Part shown: piece by piece, positions 26,788 through 41,866 of the stretch | How the letters are laid out: the number at the start of each line of letters is the position of its first letter | Position numbering within the stretch: the stretch's first letter is position 1 | DNA from: Eledone cirrhosa | Taxonomy: Eukaryota | NCBI GenBank assembly: GCA_964016885.1 | Contig: OZ024740.1 | Coordinates: forward strand, 196,850,001-196,914,000 | Direction: 5' to 3' | Length of the DNA: 64,000 bases | Notes under the pieces: generated by a model | Databases searched by the model: none | The model's input: only the letters and a program-made list of their open reading frames with translations | Told to the model about the DNA's origin: nothing | Program-made: the position numbers and the translations under genes

Positions 26788-27060
26788 GACGCCACGGTAA
26801 ATGTTGGGGTCACTGCTTCTGTTGCCGAACGGAATAAAATTCTGAAATACCTGGATTTATGTAATAATAATTTTTTCCAGCCTGTGGCGTTCGAGACATA
26901 TGGTGGAGTTGGGCGGCTGACAGCGAAGTTCTAGTCATCGCTGGCGGCTCGCCTGACTGAAGTGGCAGGTGTTGCCCGCGAGGGTGCTTGGTTGTTTCAG
27001 CGCCTTAGCCTCGCCATCACCCGTAGTAATGTTGCGAGCGTATTGACTTGCTTCAGAATA
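26788..27060 (+). pseudogene. CRE-like non-LTR retrotransposon C-terminal (RLE endonuclease) fragment
   Basis: Manual translation AERNKILKY..FQPVAFETYGGVG..*..WLFQRLSLAITRSNVASVL. Confidence 0.6.
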
Positions 27061-27899
27061 TTCCGTTGAGCCTTATGATGTGTGGCCACATAGCAAAACA
27101 GCGACTGGCGCTTCATTTACTATGCTGTGTGTCAGTGTATGTGTATGTGTGTGTTTGTTTAAATGTATGCGTGTGTGTTTGTGTGAATGTATGTGTGTGT
27201 TTGTGTGAATGTATGTGTATCTGTGTAAGTGCATGCCTGTGCGTGTGTATTTGTGTAAGTGTGTCTGTGTTTGCACGCCTATATTTATATACTCATACAT
27301 ATAAATGTATGCATATGTGCATACTCACACGCACACATACAGATAAGCGTCAGCGTGTTGAAAAAAAAACCCTAGTAAATAAAATACCAGTTTAATAGTG
27401 TAGCCGATGTTTCCTTTATATATATTTCTCAATTCTCGCTTTCTCTCTATTTCTCTGGAAGAAATTGGCTGTCTTTATATGTCATGGATTACCTTTTCCA
27501 ATGTGTCCTATTTTTAAATTCCTAGAGGAAGTTGTGGCTGTTGTTTTTTTTTATTTTTGTTTTTTTCTAGCATGTTAAGTACATAACAGATTTGCCTTTT
27601 AGCTCTGACTTGTCTAAATGATTTCTAATTTAAGCACAGGACCAGTAATATGTAGGGTGGCGACTTGATTGGTACTTTATTTTATTGACCCGGATGGATG
27701 AAAGGCAAAGTTAACCTCGACTGGATTTGAACTCAGAACGTAAAGGGCCATGACTAAATGACGCAAAACATTTTGCCTGATGCTCTTACGATTCTGCCAA
27801 TCAACCGTCCTGCACTCATCTTAAATGAAACGTTCAATGAAAACCAGGTAACAATAAACCAGTTATACCACAATTGCTCAGTGACACTTTCTTCGTGTA

Positions 27900-28381
27900 T
27901 CTATATATATAAAACTGAGGATGTCTGTCTGTGTGTGTGTGTGAGTTTGAATCCCTAAAACTAGAGAAGCACCCAACCGACTGTTTTCAAACTTTACACA
28001 TGTAATACTTAAGTTTCAGGGAGTGTTCTGAGCAAAACAAATTTCAAATTTTCAATGCCCTAGCGATCTCTCTCTATAATTCTTAGTCTTTCTCTTTTTA
28101 GATAGATACATACATAAAACGCCGCGCCCTTATAATATCTATCTGTATGTCTCGCTGTCTGCTGCCTCCGGTTATTCTGCCACCCTTGCTCAAGACAAAT
28201 CTCACACTCATTCCCCAAACAGTTGGTAAGTGCTCACGTTTTAAGCCACAGTGTTGCTTACTTACGTACCACCACACCCTTACTTCTTTGCTAGCCGTGG
28301 TTGTGGCAATACTAAGCTTAGCAAAGGCGGTTATATATTTCACAATACCTTATCCCGTGCAACACCGGGTACCACTGCTAG
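27900..28381 (+). mobile_element. Non-autonomous Helitron
   Basis: 5' TCTATATATATAAAACTG, 3' hairpin cccg..cggg then CTAG; inserted between A and T with no TSD. Confidence 0.85.
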
Positions 28382-28386
28382 TTGAA

Positions 28387-28499
28387 TATAAAATATATTA
28401 ATTCAAAATAATTTGAGTTAGTTCGAGATTTAATATAAAAGTAAATATATTTTATTGGCCTAGGACAAATCACATTCCTCCAGTGTGTGTATATGTATC

Positions 28500-28551
<52 letters not shown>

Positions 28552-28573
28552 GATACATATACACACACTGGAG

Positions 28574-28645
<72 letters not shown>

Positions 28646-28667
28646 CTCCAGTGTGTGTATATGTATC

Positions 28668-28721
<54 letters not shown>

Positions 28722-28834
28722 GATACATATACACACACTGGAGGAATGTGATTTGTCCTAGGCCAATAAAATATATTTACTTTTATATTAAATCTCGAAC
28801 TAACTCAAATTATTTTGAATTAATATATTTTATA
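28387..28834. repeat. 448-bp nested palindrome centred on (TA)n
   Basis: Outer arms tataaaatatattaattc..ggacaaatcac are inverted; each half also contains ttcctccagtgtg..(TA)n..cacactggaggaa. Confidence 0.9.
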
Positions 28835-28836
28835 GT

Positions 28837-28960
28837 GAAGGCGTGTGGCTGAGTGGTTAGAGAATTGGATTCACAATCGTAAGGTTGTGAGTTCGATTCC
28901 TGGACCAGGCGATGCGTTATGTCCTTGAGCAAGACACTTTATTTCACGTTGCTCCTTCTA
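28837..28960 (+). mobile_element. tRNA-headed SINE (CORE/Meta-like), truncated
   Basis: A-box tggctgagtgg, B-box gttcgattcc, then tgtccttgagcaagacact; a longer copy is at about 59240-59550 (-). Confidence 0.75.
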
Positions 28961-29055
28961 CCTGGAGTTGCGACCGATAGATAGTATTAGCAATTGGAAA
29001 GACCAACGGAAACATTGTTCCCTCGGTCCGATTTGACGAAAGTCGATCGTTCCTG

Positions 29056-29087
<32 letters not shown>

Positions 29088-29883
29088 ATAATTATTATAA
29101 TAAAATAGCAGGAGGCTGGACTGGTGTAAATCCTTGAAAGGTTTATTATACTATGATCATTTCAATGACCGGGTTCCGTATCAATCCGGTGATATCATCA
29201 GGTATTCGAAATATAACAAAGGAATACAACAGACAAAATCCATGGGGCTGAAAATCATAAACAAGAGGACGACCGACCATGTACCATCTTCTACCTTAGT
29301 CGGTCGCCCTCAAGTGTTGGCTATTCGGTCTACTTATGACCATCTGGTGAGGGGGCGAAAGCTTATAATGTACTACTACCTTTCCGTCAAAGAGAAAAAA
29401 AAAGAAGAAAGAAAGAAAGAAAGAAAGAACGAAAAGTCAGCGTTAAGGCCATGCTACAATCAGGCTAGAAATAGCCGCGAAAAATGTTTTTCCAAAGAAC
29501 CTATATCTTAACATAGTGGGTGTATGTATGGTATAATGTGTGAACAGAAAATTGGAACGTTAAACTTATGTTACGAGTTATAGGATGAAATTAAAGAATT
29601 AAAAAATGAAAAAAAGTTTAAGGTTTGGGTTGTGAGATTTAGTTAAAGAATTTACAGAGAGAGTCTAATCTGAAAAAATTTAAGTGTATTATAGAGATTC
29701 TCGATAAATTTTCAGGGTGGGATATAGAGTAAAGATTAAGCCCTTGTTTAGCAGTCAATAACACGCGACGACTGCAGACTCCAGCCAGCCCTTCCTAACC
29801 ACGTGTCACCCGTTCCGAGTGATATCATCTAGCGAAATAGATGGAAATTAATTTTTCCGAGTATATATATTTATATATATATA

Positions 29884-30795
29884 CTAGCAGTGGTACCCGG
29901 CGTTTCACGGGATAAGGTATTTTGGAACGCGGGCCTCCAACAGACCGAATCGTGGAAAAACTGCATGCCTGGACAATATGTAAAGACAATAAACCGAATA
30001 CTCTGATGGCTGGATAATCTTTAAGATTTTCCTCGATGAAGCAGGAAAAATGCAAGTTTTCACTAATGCGGGCCCTAGGGGATCAAGAAAATAAATTTTT
30101 TTTATGTGCATAATATGCCTTGAAATTTCGAGAAATCGGCTAGACATAACGCCTCCAAAAAGCCCTAAAATGCTTAAAAAATGAAGTTTTTCACCTAATG
30201 CTGGCCCTAGGACATAAAATAGTTGGATTTTCTTTTTTCACGGTATGAAGAAGAGACTGACTAATACATAGTTACAATTTCAAGGAAATCGGTCTGACGT
30301 AACGCCATAAAAAAAACCTAAAAAGCTTTAAAAACGCAGTTTTTCACCTAATGCGGGGAGATAAAAAAAAGTTGAATTTTTTATGTTCATAACACTCCCT
30401 GAAACAAGTAATACACATGTAAAGTTTGAAAAAAATCGGTTGGGTACTTCTCGAGTTTTAGGGATTCAAACTCACACACACACACACACAGATATCCCCA
30501 GGGAAGTGACGTAATGCGGACAGCTAGACATACAGACAGATATTATAAGGGCGCGACGTTATATGTATGTATCTATCTAAAAAGAGAAAGACTAAGAATT
30601 ATAGAGAGAGATCGCTAAATCGCCTAATGCGGTCTCTAGGGCATTGAACATTTGAAATTTGTTTTGCTCAGAACACTTCCTGAAACATAAGTATTACATG
30701 TGTAAAGTTTGAAAACAGTCGGTTGGGTGGTTCTTAAGTTTTAGGGATTCAAACTCACACACACACAGACAGACATCCTCAGTTTTATATATATA
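29884..30795 (-). mobile_element. Non-autonomous Helitron (same family as 27900-28381, longer, with internal duplication)
   Basis: CTAG at 29884-29887 plus hairpin; 5' end runs into (TA)n at about 30790. Confidence 0.8.
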
Positions 30796-32259
30796 TATAT
30801 ATATATATATAGGAACAAGTAGGACCCCGACGGCTGAGCTCAAGCCGTTTGGATGGCTAATTCTGGACTAAATGGAAATTTCTAGCCTGGTAAATGAATA
30901 GCTGAACTTCTCAGGTAAAAGTGATTGTCACAAGGGTTGGTCAAAAGTTTGTTGTTAAGACACATGATTCTATCATGGCATTTTGTGGAGGGTAGGGTAG
31001 CTGAACTTGCCAGTAGAAGAATGAGGGAGAGGGAGTGGAGGAAACCCAGTCAAGCGTTGAAAGTGAAAACTACAGCAGATTCTAAGGATAGTGTATAGAA
31101 GGTCGAAAAAAGTATACTAGAGAAGAGGAGGGGGGAGGAAGTTGAAACAATAAGTAAATCTAAATGGAGTAAATATATAGAAAATATAAAAAATATTTAA
31201 AAAACAATTTCTGGTTACTAGTCCCCTTCCACAATCATCAAATCTCTCACTGGTACTGCTAAGCTATAGAAAAGTTTAATAGGTGGGAAGGAATACTAAA
31301 TACGAGATTGTAGTGAAAGAATTTTATGAGTTAGTAGTAATCGGCCAAATCTATCTTACAATGACAGGTCAACAAGTTTAGGGCAAACATACTAAAAAAA
31401 CTAATACGAAATATTAATTCAGAATCCCGAAACATGAATACTAATACGATATATATAAGTACTGCTACAATACATACATTCTAATACAATCTACATAAAT
31501 ACTCATACGATAAATATAAAAAACTAATACAATATATATAAATACTGCTACAATACATAAATTCTAATACAATCTACATAAATACTCGTACAATATATAT
31601 GAAAAACTAATACGAAAAATTAATTCAGAATCCCAAAAAATAAATACTGATATACGAGAAACTAAAGCAGAAATACCACTAACAAATCTAGAAATCACGG
31701 AAATGGGGCAGCAACCAGAGAAGAAAGCAAGTATCTGGGGTCTAGTACATCTGCTATAAAAAGCGGAATCGGCCAATTCTATCATAAAATAAGGGGGGGG
31801 GGGGTATGGGTACTGAGGCTACAGAGGACCGAAGGGCTGCATCGGGGTGGGCGAGAAGGTGAAAAGAACGACGACAAAGAAGGAAATCTGGGATGGAAGG
31901 ACTAGGAAGGGATGGGGGGAAGAAGGAAATATAGAGGAGGGGGAGGTCATGGTGGGATTAAGGAAGGGGATTCTTTGAAAAAACAAAATTTATTTAGAGA
32001 AAGAAGTTTAGTGGCAAGTTGCAATTGAAATAAACACTTTCTTATTCTATAGTACAATTTTGAACAAAAGATATATCAAGTAGTTGATCGAACATCTGTG
32101 GAAAAGGTCACAAGCACACACTCCAACACACACGCGCCCACACGCGCGCACACACACACACGCACATAAATACAAATATATACACATACATATACATATA
32201 TACAGACACACATACACACATGTATATATATGTGTACATATACATACTCACACACTCAC

Positions 32260-32290
<31 letters not shown>

Positions 32291-32343
32291 CATATATATA
32301 TATACATATATATATATACATATATATATACACACACTCTTAC

Positions 32344-32408
<65 letters not shown>

Positions 32409-32457
32409 CATATATACACATATACACACATATATATATATATACATATATACATAT

Positions 32458-32508
<51 letters not shown>

Positions 32509-32551
32509 CACACATATATATATATATATACGTACACACACACATACATAT

Positions 32552-32613
<62 letters not shown>

Positions 32614-33263
32614 TGGCTGCCAACTCGTTTTCGAGTACGGCCACTACTTTATATCCATGTAGGAGAACCCCTACCGATGCGCTGAACGAGTGTGACTTTT
32701 TAGTCCAGCCAGCGACTTGAAAACTCTGGTACAAACACTACACTTGTGACAATTATTGACACAGTGCTGGGCCCATGTTACCATGTGATGACAAGTGCAG
32801 AGAGATCTCCAGATATAAAGCAATGCCTGTGCCGTGAAGCTTTTATAGTGAGCAAAGGCACTGCACAAAGCCAGTCCCACTCTCTTAACCAAGATGATAT
32901 TTACCAAAAAGAAGAACAAGTCAACATCATTGGATACCATCAGGGTTGCAGGTGTTATATCAGAGTTTTCCTTCTCCTAGAATTCTGCCTTGACAAAGGC
33001 TAAGGGGTCATCTCTCCCAGTGATTTTAGATGGCCATTGACTCTTAAGAGCTCCTTTGCCCTTTGACAGGTTTTGTTTTTAGTCCTGCAGGATGTCCAAA
33101 GTCACCCTCCTCACCACGAAACCTTGGTGGGGTTGCCAGTTTAGTCGCCAACGACCCGACCATGGGACAGGTTGTACTGGGATACATGTTACCAGTAGCA
33201 CCAACTGGTGACCTGACACATACACACATACACATATATATATATACATACGTATATATATAC

Positions 33264-33358
<95 letters not shown>

Positions 33359-33598
33359 ATGTTAAAAAGGTAACACACCAGTGCGTTATCAATAAAACAG
33401 GGAAAAAACCACCAGTGTATGGAATCTATAACCTATGAAAGGCAGACAATAGACACGATGATTAAAAATATAAATTAAAGCGTAAATAAATACCTCTATA
33501 ACTATATAACACACGTACAAATCCAAAGATAGGTTTCACCAAAAATTTGAGCACAATATTTACAGGGAATAGCGAGGGCCTAAGCCTCCGTTAATTTA

Positions 33599-33649
<51 letters not shown>

Positions 33650-33667
33650 GTATACATACATACACAT

Positions 33668-33727
<60 letters not shown>

Positions 33728-33745
33728 GTATACATACATACACAT

Positions 33746-33780
<35 letters not shown>

Positions 33781-34250
33781 CACACAAACATACACACATA
33801 TATATACAAATATACACATATATACACATACATACATACACACACACATATATACATATATATACACATATATACATATATATATATATATACATATATA
33901 CATATACACATATATATACATATATATATATACATATACACACACATACACATATACACACACACATATATATATATACATATATACATATATATATATA
34001 TACACATACACATATACATACATATATATACATATATATATACATATATATATATATACATATATATATATACATATACATACATATACATATACACACT
34101 TACATACATATATACATACATATACATATATATATATACACACACATACACATACATGTACACACACAGATATTTACATAATATACTTACATATACACAT
34201 ACATATATACACATATACACACACATCCACACACACATACATATATACAT

Positions 34251-34314
<64 letters not shown>

Positions 34315-34459
34315 TTCAGGTTATCAATAATGTAGTGATAATATATCGTCACGTTAGAGATGAACAGCGTACGTGTAGGTTTGCTCAACGAGTATAAATT
34401 ATAATCCGGAGAAAATGTAGATAAGATGAATATAAAATGAAAGTGCTTTTCTAAAAAGG

Positions 34460-34599
34460 AATTTATTAGGTATTGACATATGTTTCTGTAACAGACGGAA
34501 TACCTATGTATCGCTGCTTGCGTAATCATATAATGTTAGCAAGTATTCGATAGCAAATGTATAATCAGTTGTCACTTCTTCAGAGATATTGGATAAATT
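34460..34599 (-). ncRNA. Type I hammerhead motif, long helix II, imperfect helix I
   Basis: CUGAAGA aGUGACA..UGUUACa GAAA CAUAUG UC; palindromic helix III (ACAUAUGU). Confidence 0.6.
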
Positions 34600-34899
34600 G
34601 AAAAAAATCAGAAAAATTGAAGTATTTATATTAGTTGTAAGAAAGGAAGAGAGGGGATAGTATATGACAGATGGCAATTCAATTTACTGGTAAACAAGTA
34701 TATAAAGGGTTTCTAATGAGAATACAATGAGTATATGATTTATTTTATCTAAATAAGAATTTTTGGGAGTGCCTATTTTAATCTATACTTGACCAATTGA
34801 ACAATGGACAGGGCTGGTCGTTTGGTGTAGTAGTATTAATAGATATAAAGTGTCAATTAAGGAAGAGGGAGATTTACACTGCTACTGCAAAACAACAAA

Positions 34900-35340
34900 C
34901 AACATCCTGTTCTACCTAAGCAACCTCATTAACCCATCCATGCCAATACAACAACACAAAATTATAACTGTAACTGTGTCCAACCAGGAATGTGTCCGTT
35001 GAACAGTCAGTGTCTTGAACGCAACATCATATACAAATGTACTATCGAATCGGATAGCCAGAAGTGGTACTACGTGGGGTCTACAGTCACATCCTTCAAA
35101 TCTCGCCTTTATAGACATCGTTACTCGATAAAACATGAAAACCAGCGTTATGTAACAACACTCGCAGACAAGGCTTGGCAGCTGCGCGAAAATAATCAAC
35201 AATTTAACCTAAAATGGGATATAATAGCAATTGCCCCTCCATAATACCACGGACAGGAATTTTGTAAATTGTGTAATATGGAATTATTTTGTATTATGAA
35301 ATCCAAAAATATTTTATTAAATAACAGAATAGAGTGATCG
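34900..35340 (+). pseudogene. Penelope GIY-YIG endonuclease fragment
   Basis: CNCVQPGMCPLNSQCLERNIIYKC..YYVG..FKSRLYRH..CKLC. Confidence 0.75.
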
Positions 35341-35486
35341 TTGACACTGAAATTCGTTTGTTTGAATTCATATGGCTCCAGTTCCTCAGTGAAATAACAA
35401 CCCAACAAGGAACTGGGCATATCAGAGTATTGACAATATTATACACCTAAACAACATATGTACTTGTCTATACCATACTAATTCAA

Positions 35487-35541
35487 ACTGCCTGAAGAGG
35501 TCACAGCCAAAGATGGCTGTCACTGAAATATATATAGCAGT
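35487..35541 (+). ncRNA. Type I hammerhead ribozyme in 5' pLTR
   Basis: ACUGC CUGAAGA ggucACAGCCA-aaga-UGGCUGUcacu GAAA UAUAUA UA GCAGU. Confidence 0.85.
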
Positions 35542-35743
35542 AATAAACGAAGCTAAATTTTAATCATTTGACTTTTATTTAACTTTATTTTACACTACTC
35601 TGGAGTAACCAAACCAACCTGCGCACTTCGTCGAGTGCTCCAGCCGGCATACTGAGGTGTTGGTATACAACCAACATAAACTCAAAATCTATCTAGCTCC
35701 CACACGGGTTGAGCGCTTCAAACAGTAGCGGACCTAAGTCACT

Positions 35744-38433
35744 ATGGATAAACTGGCAACCTTAGCGTCACTGAAGGACATCCTCCTTCCTCATAAACGA
35801 GAATACACCAGTGATCTCATCAAGAGTACGGACTCCCTCATCCGTAGGATGAGATGGAAGGCGTTCCACTTCGAAAGAGGAACGCAGAAAATTACCAACA
35901 CACAAAACATGGAGTACCTTTTTCGATCAAGGAGAATCCCCCCCACACACACACACACCAGACTAATGGAGGAGTTTGAAAACGAGATGATTAACATCAT
36001 ATCCAACCTCAAATTCTCCGGAAACCCAACCAGAAGTCAGGAGTACCTCAGATACCTGAGAAACCGGATTACAGTACTTAAAGGGACAACTGGAATACTT
36101 GTCCATGCTGACAAAACAAACAACCTCTACAACATGAACACTGAACTGTACAATAAGATAATCCTCAGGGAACTGAGGAAGTGCTACAAAAAAACACCTG
36201 GATTTACCCTGGATGAGATCAATGCCACAGCTTACAGGATTATATCCAGAATCGGCATAGAGGACAGGACGGCCCCATACCAACCAGGGGAGCCGCGGAT
36301 TACCCTTAAAGACCACAAGACAAACTTTGAGTCCGACCTCCCTGTCAGACTAATAGCCCCCCCAGATCTGACCTAGGGATCGTCAGTAAAAGAATACTGG
36401 ATAGGATTTTGCCAAAGCTTCGGAAGAAAACTAAATTACAGCAATGGTCATGCACGGGAGAAGTAATAGAATGGTTCAAAATACTGCATGAGAAAAGTAG
36501 GACCAGCTTTATACAACTGGACATCGCAAGCTACTACTCCTCAATCTCACCCATAGTACTTAATAAGGCCCTATTTTTAGCGATGTCCAATACGGACCCA
36601 ACCCGAGAGGAGGTGAGCATCATCCACGCCGCAAGAAAGACCTTAATCCGCTTCGATGGAGACCTTTGGACAAGGAGTGATTGGCCAAATAACTTTGACA
36701 TCACGATGGGCTCCAGCGACTCAGCGCAGGTAACGGACCTGGTTGGGCTCTACCTGCTGAAGCAGATAAAAGATGAAATCCCCTGCCTGGGCGGCGGATT
36801 ATATCGTGACGATGCTCTATTCACAGTACATGACCACAGCACCAATATGTTGGAGGGTATGAGGAGGCGTATTCGCCATTTCTTTAAGAACCAGGGGCTC
36901 AGCATAGAAATAGACCCAAATAGGAAGGTAGTTAACTTCCTAGACACCACCCTAAACCTGAACACCGAGCAATACTACCCCTACCACAAGCCCAACGAGA
37001 AACTCGTATATGTTAACGCCAAATCAAACCACCCTAGATCCATAACCAAGGCAGTGGTGAAGAGTGTCTCGGACAGGATCTCCAGCCTGTCCGCAAGTAA
37101 GGAAATATTCAATAATCACGCGGAATATTACAACGCAGCTCTAAAGAAGGCGGCACATGGCCAAAATATAACATATAGTCCGAAAATCCTGGAGGTGGAT
37201 AGCCCAACAGACACCACAACCGCGTTGCCCGGGGGAGGGGGGGGGGGGGCGAACCCTAACAATACAGGCAGAGCAGAATCAAATAGGCACCATGTGCCCG
37301 ACATCACCACACGGGCGGTGGGGACTAGTGCGCTTGACCACGAGATGGAGCACAATATGAGTAGCAGTCTCAGGCGTGACGCTAACCACCCCAGGACGGA
37401 CGAACCCAACCGCAGGACACGTGGTGGTGGGGGGGGGCGACCACCCCACGATGGATCTCCCGGGGCGGACAACGACCACCCCACAAATTCGGGCCGCGAA
37501 GATAACAAAAAGCATAGAGCCCAAAGGGGAAGCAACAGTGCGGAAACCACCAGCAACCCAACAAATCTCCAACAAATCACGAAGCCCCCGACCCACACAT
37601 ATAGGAGGAGACACCGAAAAATCACGTGGTACAACCCACCCTACTTAGCGGCCCTAAAGAAAAGCTTGGCCCGATTATTCTTTGGAGCACTTGACAAATG
37701 CTTCCCGAGGGACCACAGATACAACAGGATCTTCAACAGACACACTGTGAAGCTTTCGTGTTCCACCACGAGAAATTTGGCCCAACACATAGCTAGCATC
37801 AACGGAAGTAGGCTTAAAAACCACACACAACCAGAAGATGGCAATACAAACACTCAGCAGAACAATGTGAAAGGAGGGAAGGGGGGACCCAGAGCCCACC
37901 CAAGAAACTCAAACAGACCTGAGGACCCCCCACCGAGCCTGGGGGAAGACCAACATGTAACACATAACGGGAACCCTAATCTAGGCACGCAGAAGCCGAC
38001 CACCCTCTGCAACTGCAGAAACCCCGAATCATGCCCCCTCGGTAATGAATGCCTCAAGAAGAACCTAGTGTACGGTTGTAGGGTTAAAACCCCCAACTCC
38101 GAACACCTCTACATAGGAGCCACATCAACGAGCTTTAAAGACCGCTGGTACAACCATCGCCATTCATTCAAGAAGGAGGCCAAAAGGAAAAGCACAGCTC
38201 TCTCCGACCTGATCTGGAAGCTTAAGATGGACAGGACCCCATACTCTCTGGCCTGGTACATAATCAGGAAAGTACCACCCGATAAAGGGGGATCTTGCAT
38301 ATGCAAACTATGCCTGAACGAGACCCTCGAGATACTAAGAGGTGGAAGCGGCCTGATAAACCTCAGAACCGACTTCTTCGGGACATGCAGACACCTTAGA
38401 GCCGGGACCTTTCTCAAGATATATGGACAGTAG
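35744..38433 (+). CDS. Penelope (Poseidon-like) reverse transcriptase plus GIY-YIG endonuclease, one frameshift at the C7 run 36357-36363
   Basis: ADKTNNLY, ITLKDHK..PVRLI, QLDIASYY, ITMGSSDSAQVTDLVG, YRDD, CNC..CPL..C..LVY..YIG, CKLC. Adding one C joins the two ORFs into about 896 aa. Confidence 0.88.
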
Positions 38434-39638
38434 CAACACAAGATGTGAACTCCCCTCAAGCTATAGGGACTTCTACAGAACATGAAAACACCTCTCGGCC
38501 AGACCTCCCTCAAGCTATATGGGCAGTAACAACACCCTAGGTTGTGAACTCCCCTCAAGCCATAGGGAACAACCCAGGCTGAGCAGACACCATGATAGCC
38601 TAGAGATAGAATCGGACACAGCCATTATAATTTGGCCAACATCTATATAACACAAACACTTTTAATTTACTAGATTTCTGATTTTCAAGTTCCAATCTTA
38701 AATCTTGATTTCTCTTTATTAATTTGTTATTTGTTTTCTGCCCTCTTCACTGTATCACCTTATATTTATTTTTAAGTTGAGATTGATTATAACACAAACA
38801 CATTTAGTTTGATTATCTCATCTTAACATCTTGTCTCATACCAATCTATCCAACATATTCTGACCTTGAGATTGGTTATAGCACACACACACTTTATCCT
38901 ACATTATTTCTCACTTCTCCATATTCATTTTCATTACTTTTTCACCAATTTTTCATTTATCCTTTATTCTTTATTCTCTATTTATTTATTTATTTTCAAA
39001 TTATACAAATTATATTAATTATTTTATTATATTATTTATTTATTTTCTGTTTTCTTCATTTATTGCCTTATATTTCTTCATATACATGGAAGAACCCCCG
39101 TCCCACCACCACCACCACCACCACTATGATGGTGGCAGGAGGGATGAAGAAAAAACACACACTGGATACTTCTAAATTGTTAGCAGCAGCAAGATATAAG
39201 CTGACCACAACACCAAAACACTACCAAAATAATGGTAGAGGTCAAATGTACTGAACAATAGCAGGCAAAAACACTACAGGGAGCCTCACCCCAGAAAGAA
39301 TTCTATAGATTTCTGACTGAGGAATGCTCTCAGAACTGACCAATGGGAAGTTTGACACTTTTTTTGTTATTTTGTTCCTTTAACACCTTGTCCCTTCTAC
39401 CATTTTATCAATTTTTAAGCTAACTCCAACAATAACAACACTTAGAATGAGGAATGTTCTAATAACTGACCAATGAGAGGAGAAGAGGACCTTTGACACT
39501 GAAATTCGTTTGTTTGAATTCATATAACTCCAGTTCCTCAGTGAAATAACAACCCAACAAGGAACTGGGCATATCAGAATATTGACAATATTATACACCT
39601 AAACAACATATGTACTTGTCTATACCATACTAATTCAA

Positions 39639-39693
39639 ACTGCCTGAAGAGGTCACAGCCAAAGATGGCTGTCACTGAAATATATATAGCAGT
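39639..39693 (+). ncRNA. Type I hammerhead ribozyme in 3' pLTR
   Basis: Identical to 35487-35541. Confidence 0.85.
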
Positions 39694-39737
39694 AATAAAC
39701 GAAGCTAAATTTTAATCATTTGACTTTTATTTAACTT

Positions 39738-39860
<123 letters not shown>

Positions 39861-39887
39861 TACACATACAAACATACGCATACACCC

Positions 39888-39918
<31 letters not shown>

Positions 39919-40201
39919 CACGTATACATACATACACATACACACATATATATATATATACATACACATACACATACACACATATATACAAATATACACA
40001 TATATACACATACATACACACACACATATATACATATATATACACATATATACATATATATATACATATACATATACATATATACATATATATATGTATA
40101 TATGTATATATATATAAATATATATATATATGTGTATGTGTGTGTATATGTGTATGTGTGTGTATATGTATATATATATATGTATACATATACATATATG
40201 T

Positions 40202-40238
<37 letters not shown>

Positions 40239-40283
40239 TATATATATATATATATATATACATACATATACACACACATACAC

Positions 40284-40314
<31 letters not shown>

Positions 40315-40351
40315 CATATATACATATATATATATATATACACACATACAC

Positions 40352-40534
<183 letters not shown>

Positions 40535-40562
40535 ATCAAAAGATGGTTAAAAGAGTTCCATG

Positions 40563-40633
40563 TATTTTATTATGCGCATTTCAAAAACAAATATCATCAT
40601 GGGATGATATTTGCGTTCTCATCAGATAAAATA
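40563..40633 (-). ncRNA. Type I hammerhead ribozyme
   Basis: UAUUUUAU CUGAUGA gaacGCAAAUAUCAUC-ccau-GAUGAUAUUUGUuuuu GAAA UGCGCA UA AUAAAAUA; palindromic helix III; about 30 nt from (TA)n. Confidence 0.88.
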
Positions 40634-41105
40634 GGGAGACATGATGTTAAATCTACATATGAAAAATAAAATAAGATGGATATATGTGAGATTGGGAAAA
40701 AAAAGAAGGAAGGAGGAAGGAAAAGGTAAGGAAGAGGAAGAAAGAAAATAAAGGATGACGGGGGAAGAGTATAAGAAGAGAGGAGGAGAAATGAGTGAAA
40801 GAGAGAGAGAGATAACCTTTAATACTGAGAAACACTGTCTCACCGAGAGAAATAAAAAAAAACCGTTGTAAGATAATACATAATTTAAACAAATTTTGAA
40901 ATTAAAAGTTAATGAAGTTATGAATGGTGATGTTTATGATTAAAGAAAAAGGAATTAAGAATAGTATTTATTTAAGGTTTATATATTGAAGGGTTTAATA
41001 ATATGTGCGAAAAGGAATTTATTAATATGTATTATTAAAATAAAAAAAATATTAAGGAGACAAGGTGAATGAAGAAGAGATTAAATGAATTATGAACTTA
41101 GAGGA

Positions 41106-41810
41106 AAATTAATTTAAGTAGAAGCCCTAACCGCCAACGCCATAGCAAAATGAAACAACAATTGAAAACTGAAAATAAGCCAAACGTTTAATAGGGAACG
41201 TTTAACTTACCAAGTAATGAGGTCGCTGACTTTTTAACGCTTTGTAGCATACACAGGTAGTACAGTTAAAATGAAGCTTCTAAACAAATCGAACCAACAA
41301 TTGAAATTCAATTTGAATGGCATCTACTTATAGCATCTACTTATTCTGACAAGAATCTAAATATCTAATCGTCTGCAAGTGGTGGGAATTTTTTATCGTC
41401 TGCACGTTTTTGTAAAAGGGAAATAACTCGTCTCTCATCTCTATTTATACATTTTAACTGAAAAATCAATACATTACAAATTCGATTTTTACACTTGGCG
41501 TGGGTCGACTTGAAAATTGTTTTGACCAATGACTCCGCCGGACCTTCATCTATAAGTGTAGCAATTTCACCGAAATTTGAAACTACAGTTTAAGAGGAGA
41601 TGTGTGCTGAAAGTGTTAGTTGACAGACAGACAGACAATGACTCCGTCGGACCTTCATCTATAAGTGTAGCAATTTCACGGAAATTTGAACGTACGGTTT
41701 AAGAGGAGATGTGTGCCGAAGGTTTTAGTAGACAGACAGACAGACAACCTCATTTTTATATATATAGACTAGCAGAGGTACCCGGCGTTGCTCGGGTATT
41801 AAATAGCAGT

Positions 41811-41812
<2 letters not shown>
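41106..41812 (-). mobile_element. Helitron fragments with head-to-tail CTAG|TC junction at 41769/41768
   Basis: Minus strand reads cccgagcaacgccgggtacctctgCTAG|TCtatatatataaaaatgagg. Confidence 0.75.

Positions 41813-41864
<52 letters not shown>

Positions 41865-41866
<2 letters not shown>

Noticed and set aside
28840-28910. tRNA-like sequence
   Set aside because: It is the head of a SINE and continues into the SINE core; not called as a tRNA gene.
32084-34335. Many long ORFs of YI/CV/TH repeats (also at 13.7-14.3, 28.4-28.8, 39.7-40.6 and 45.5-47 kb)
   Set aside because: Translations of (TA)n/(CA)n microsatellites, not genes.
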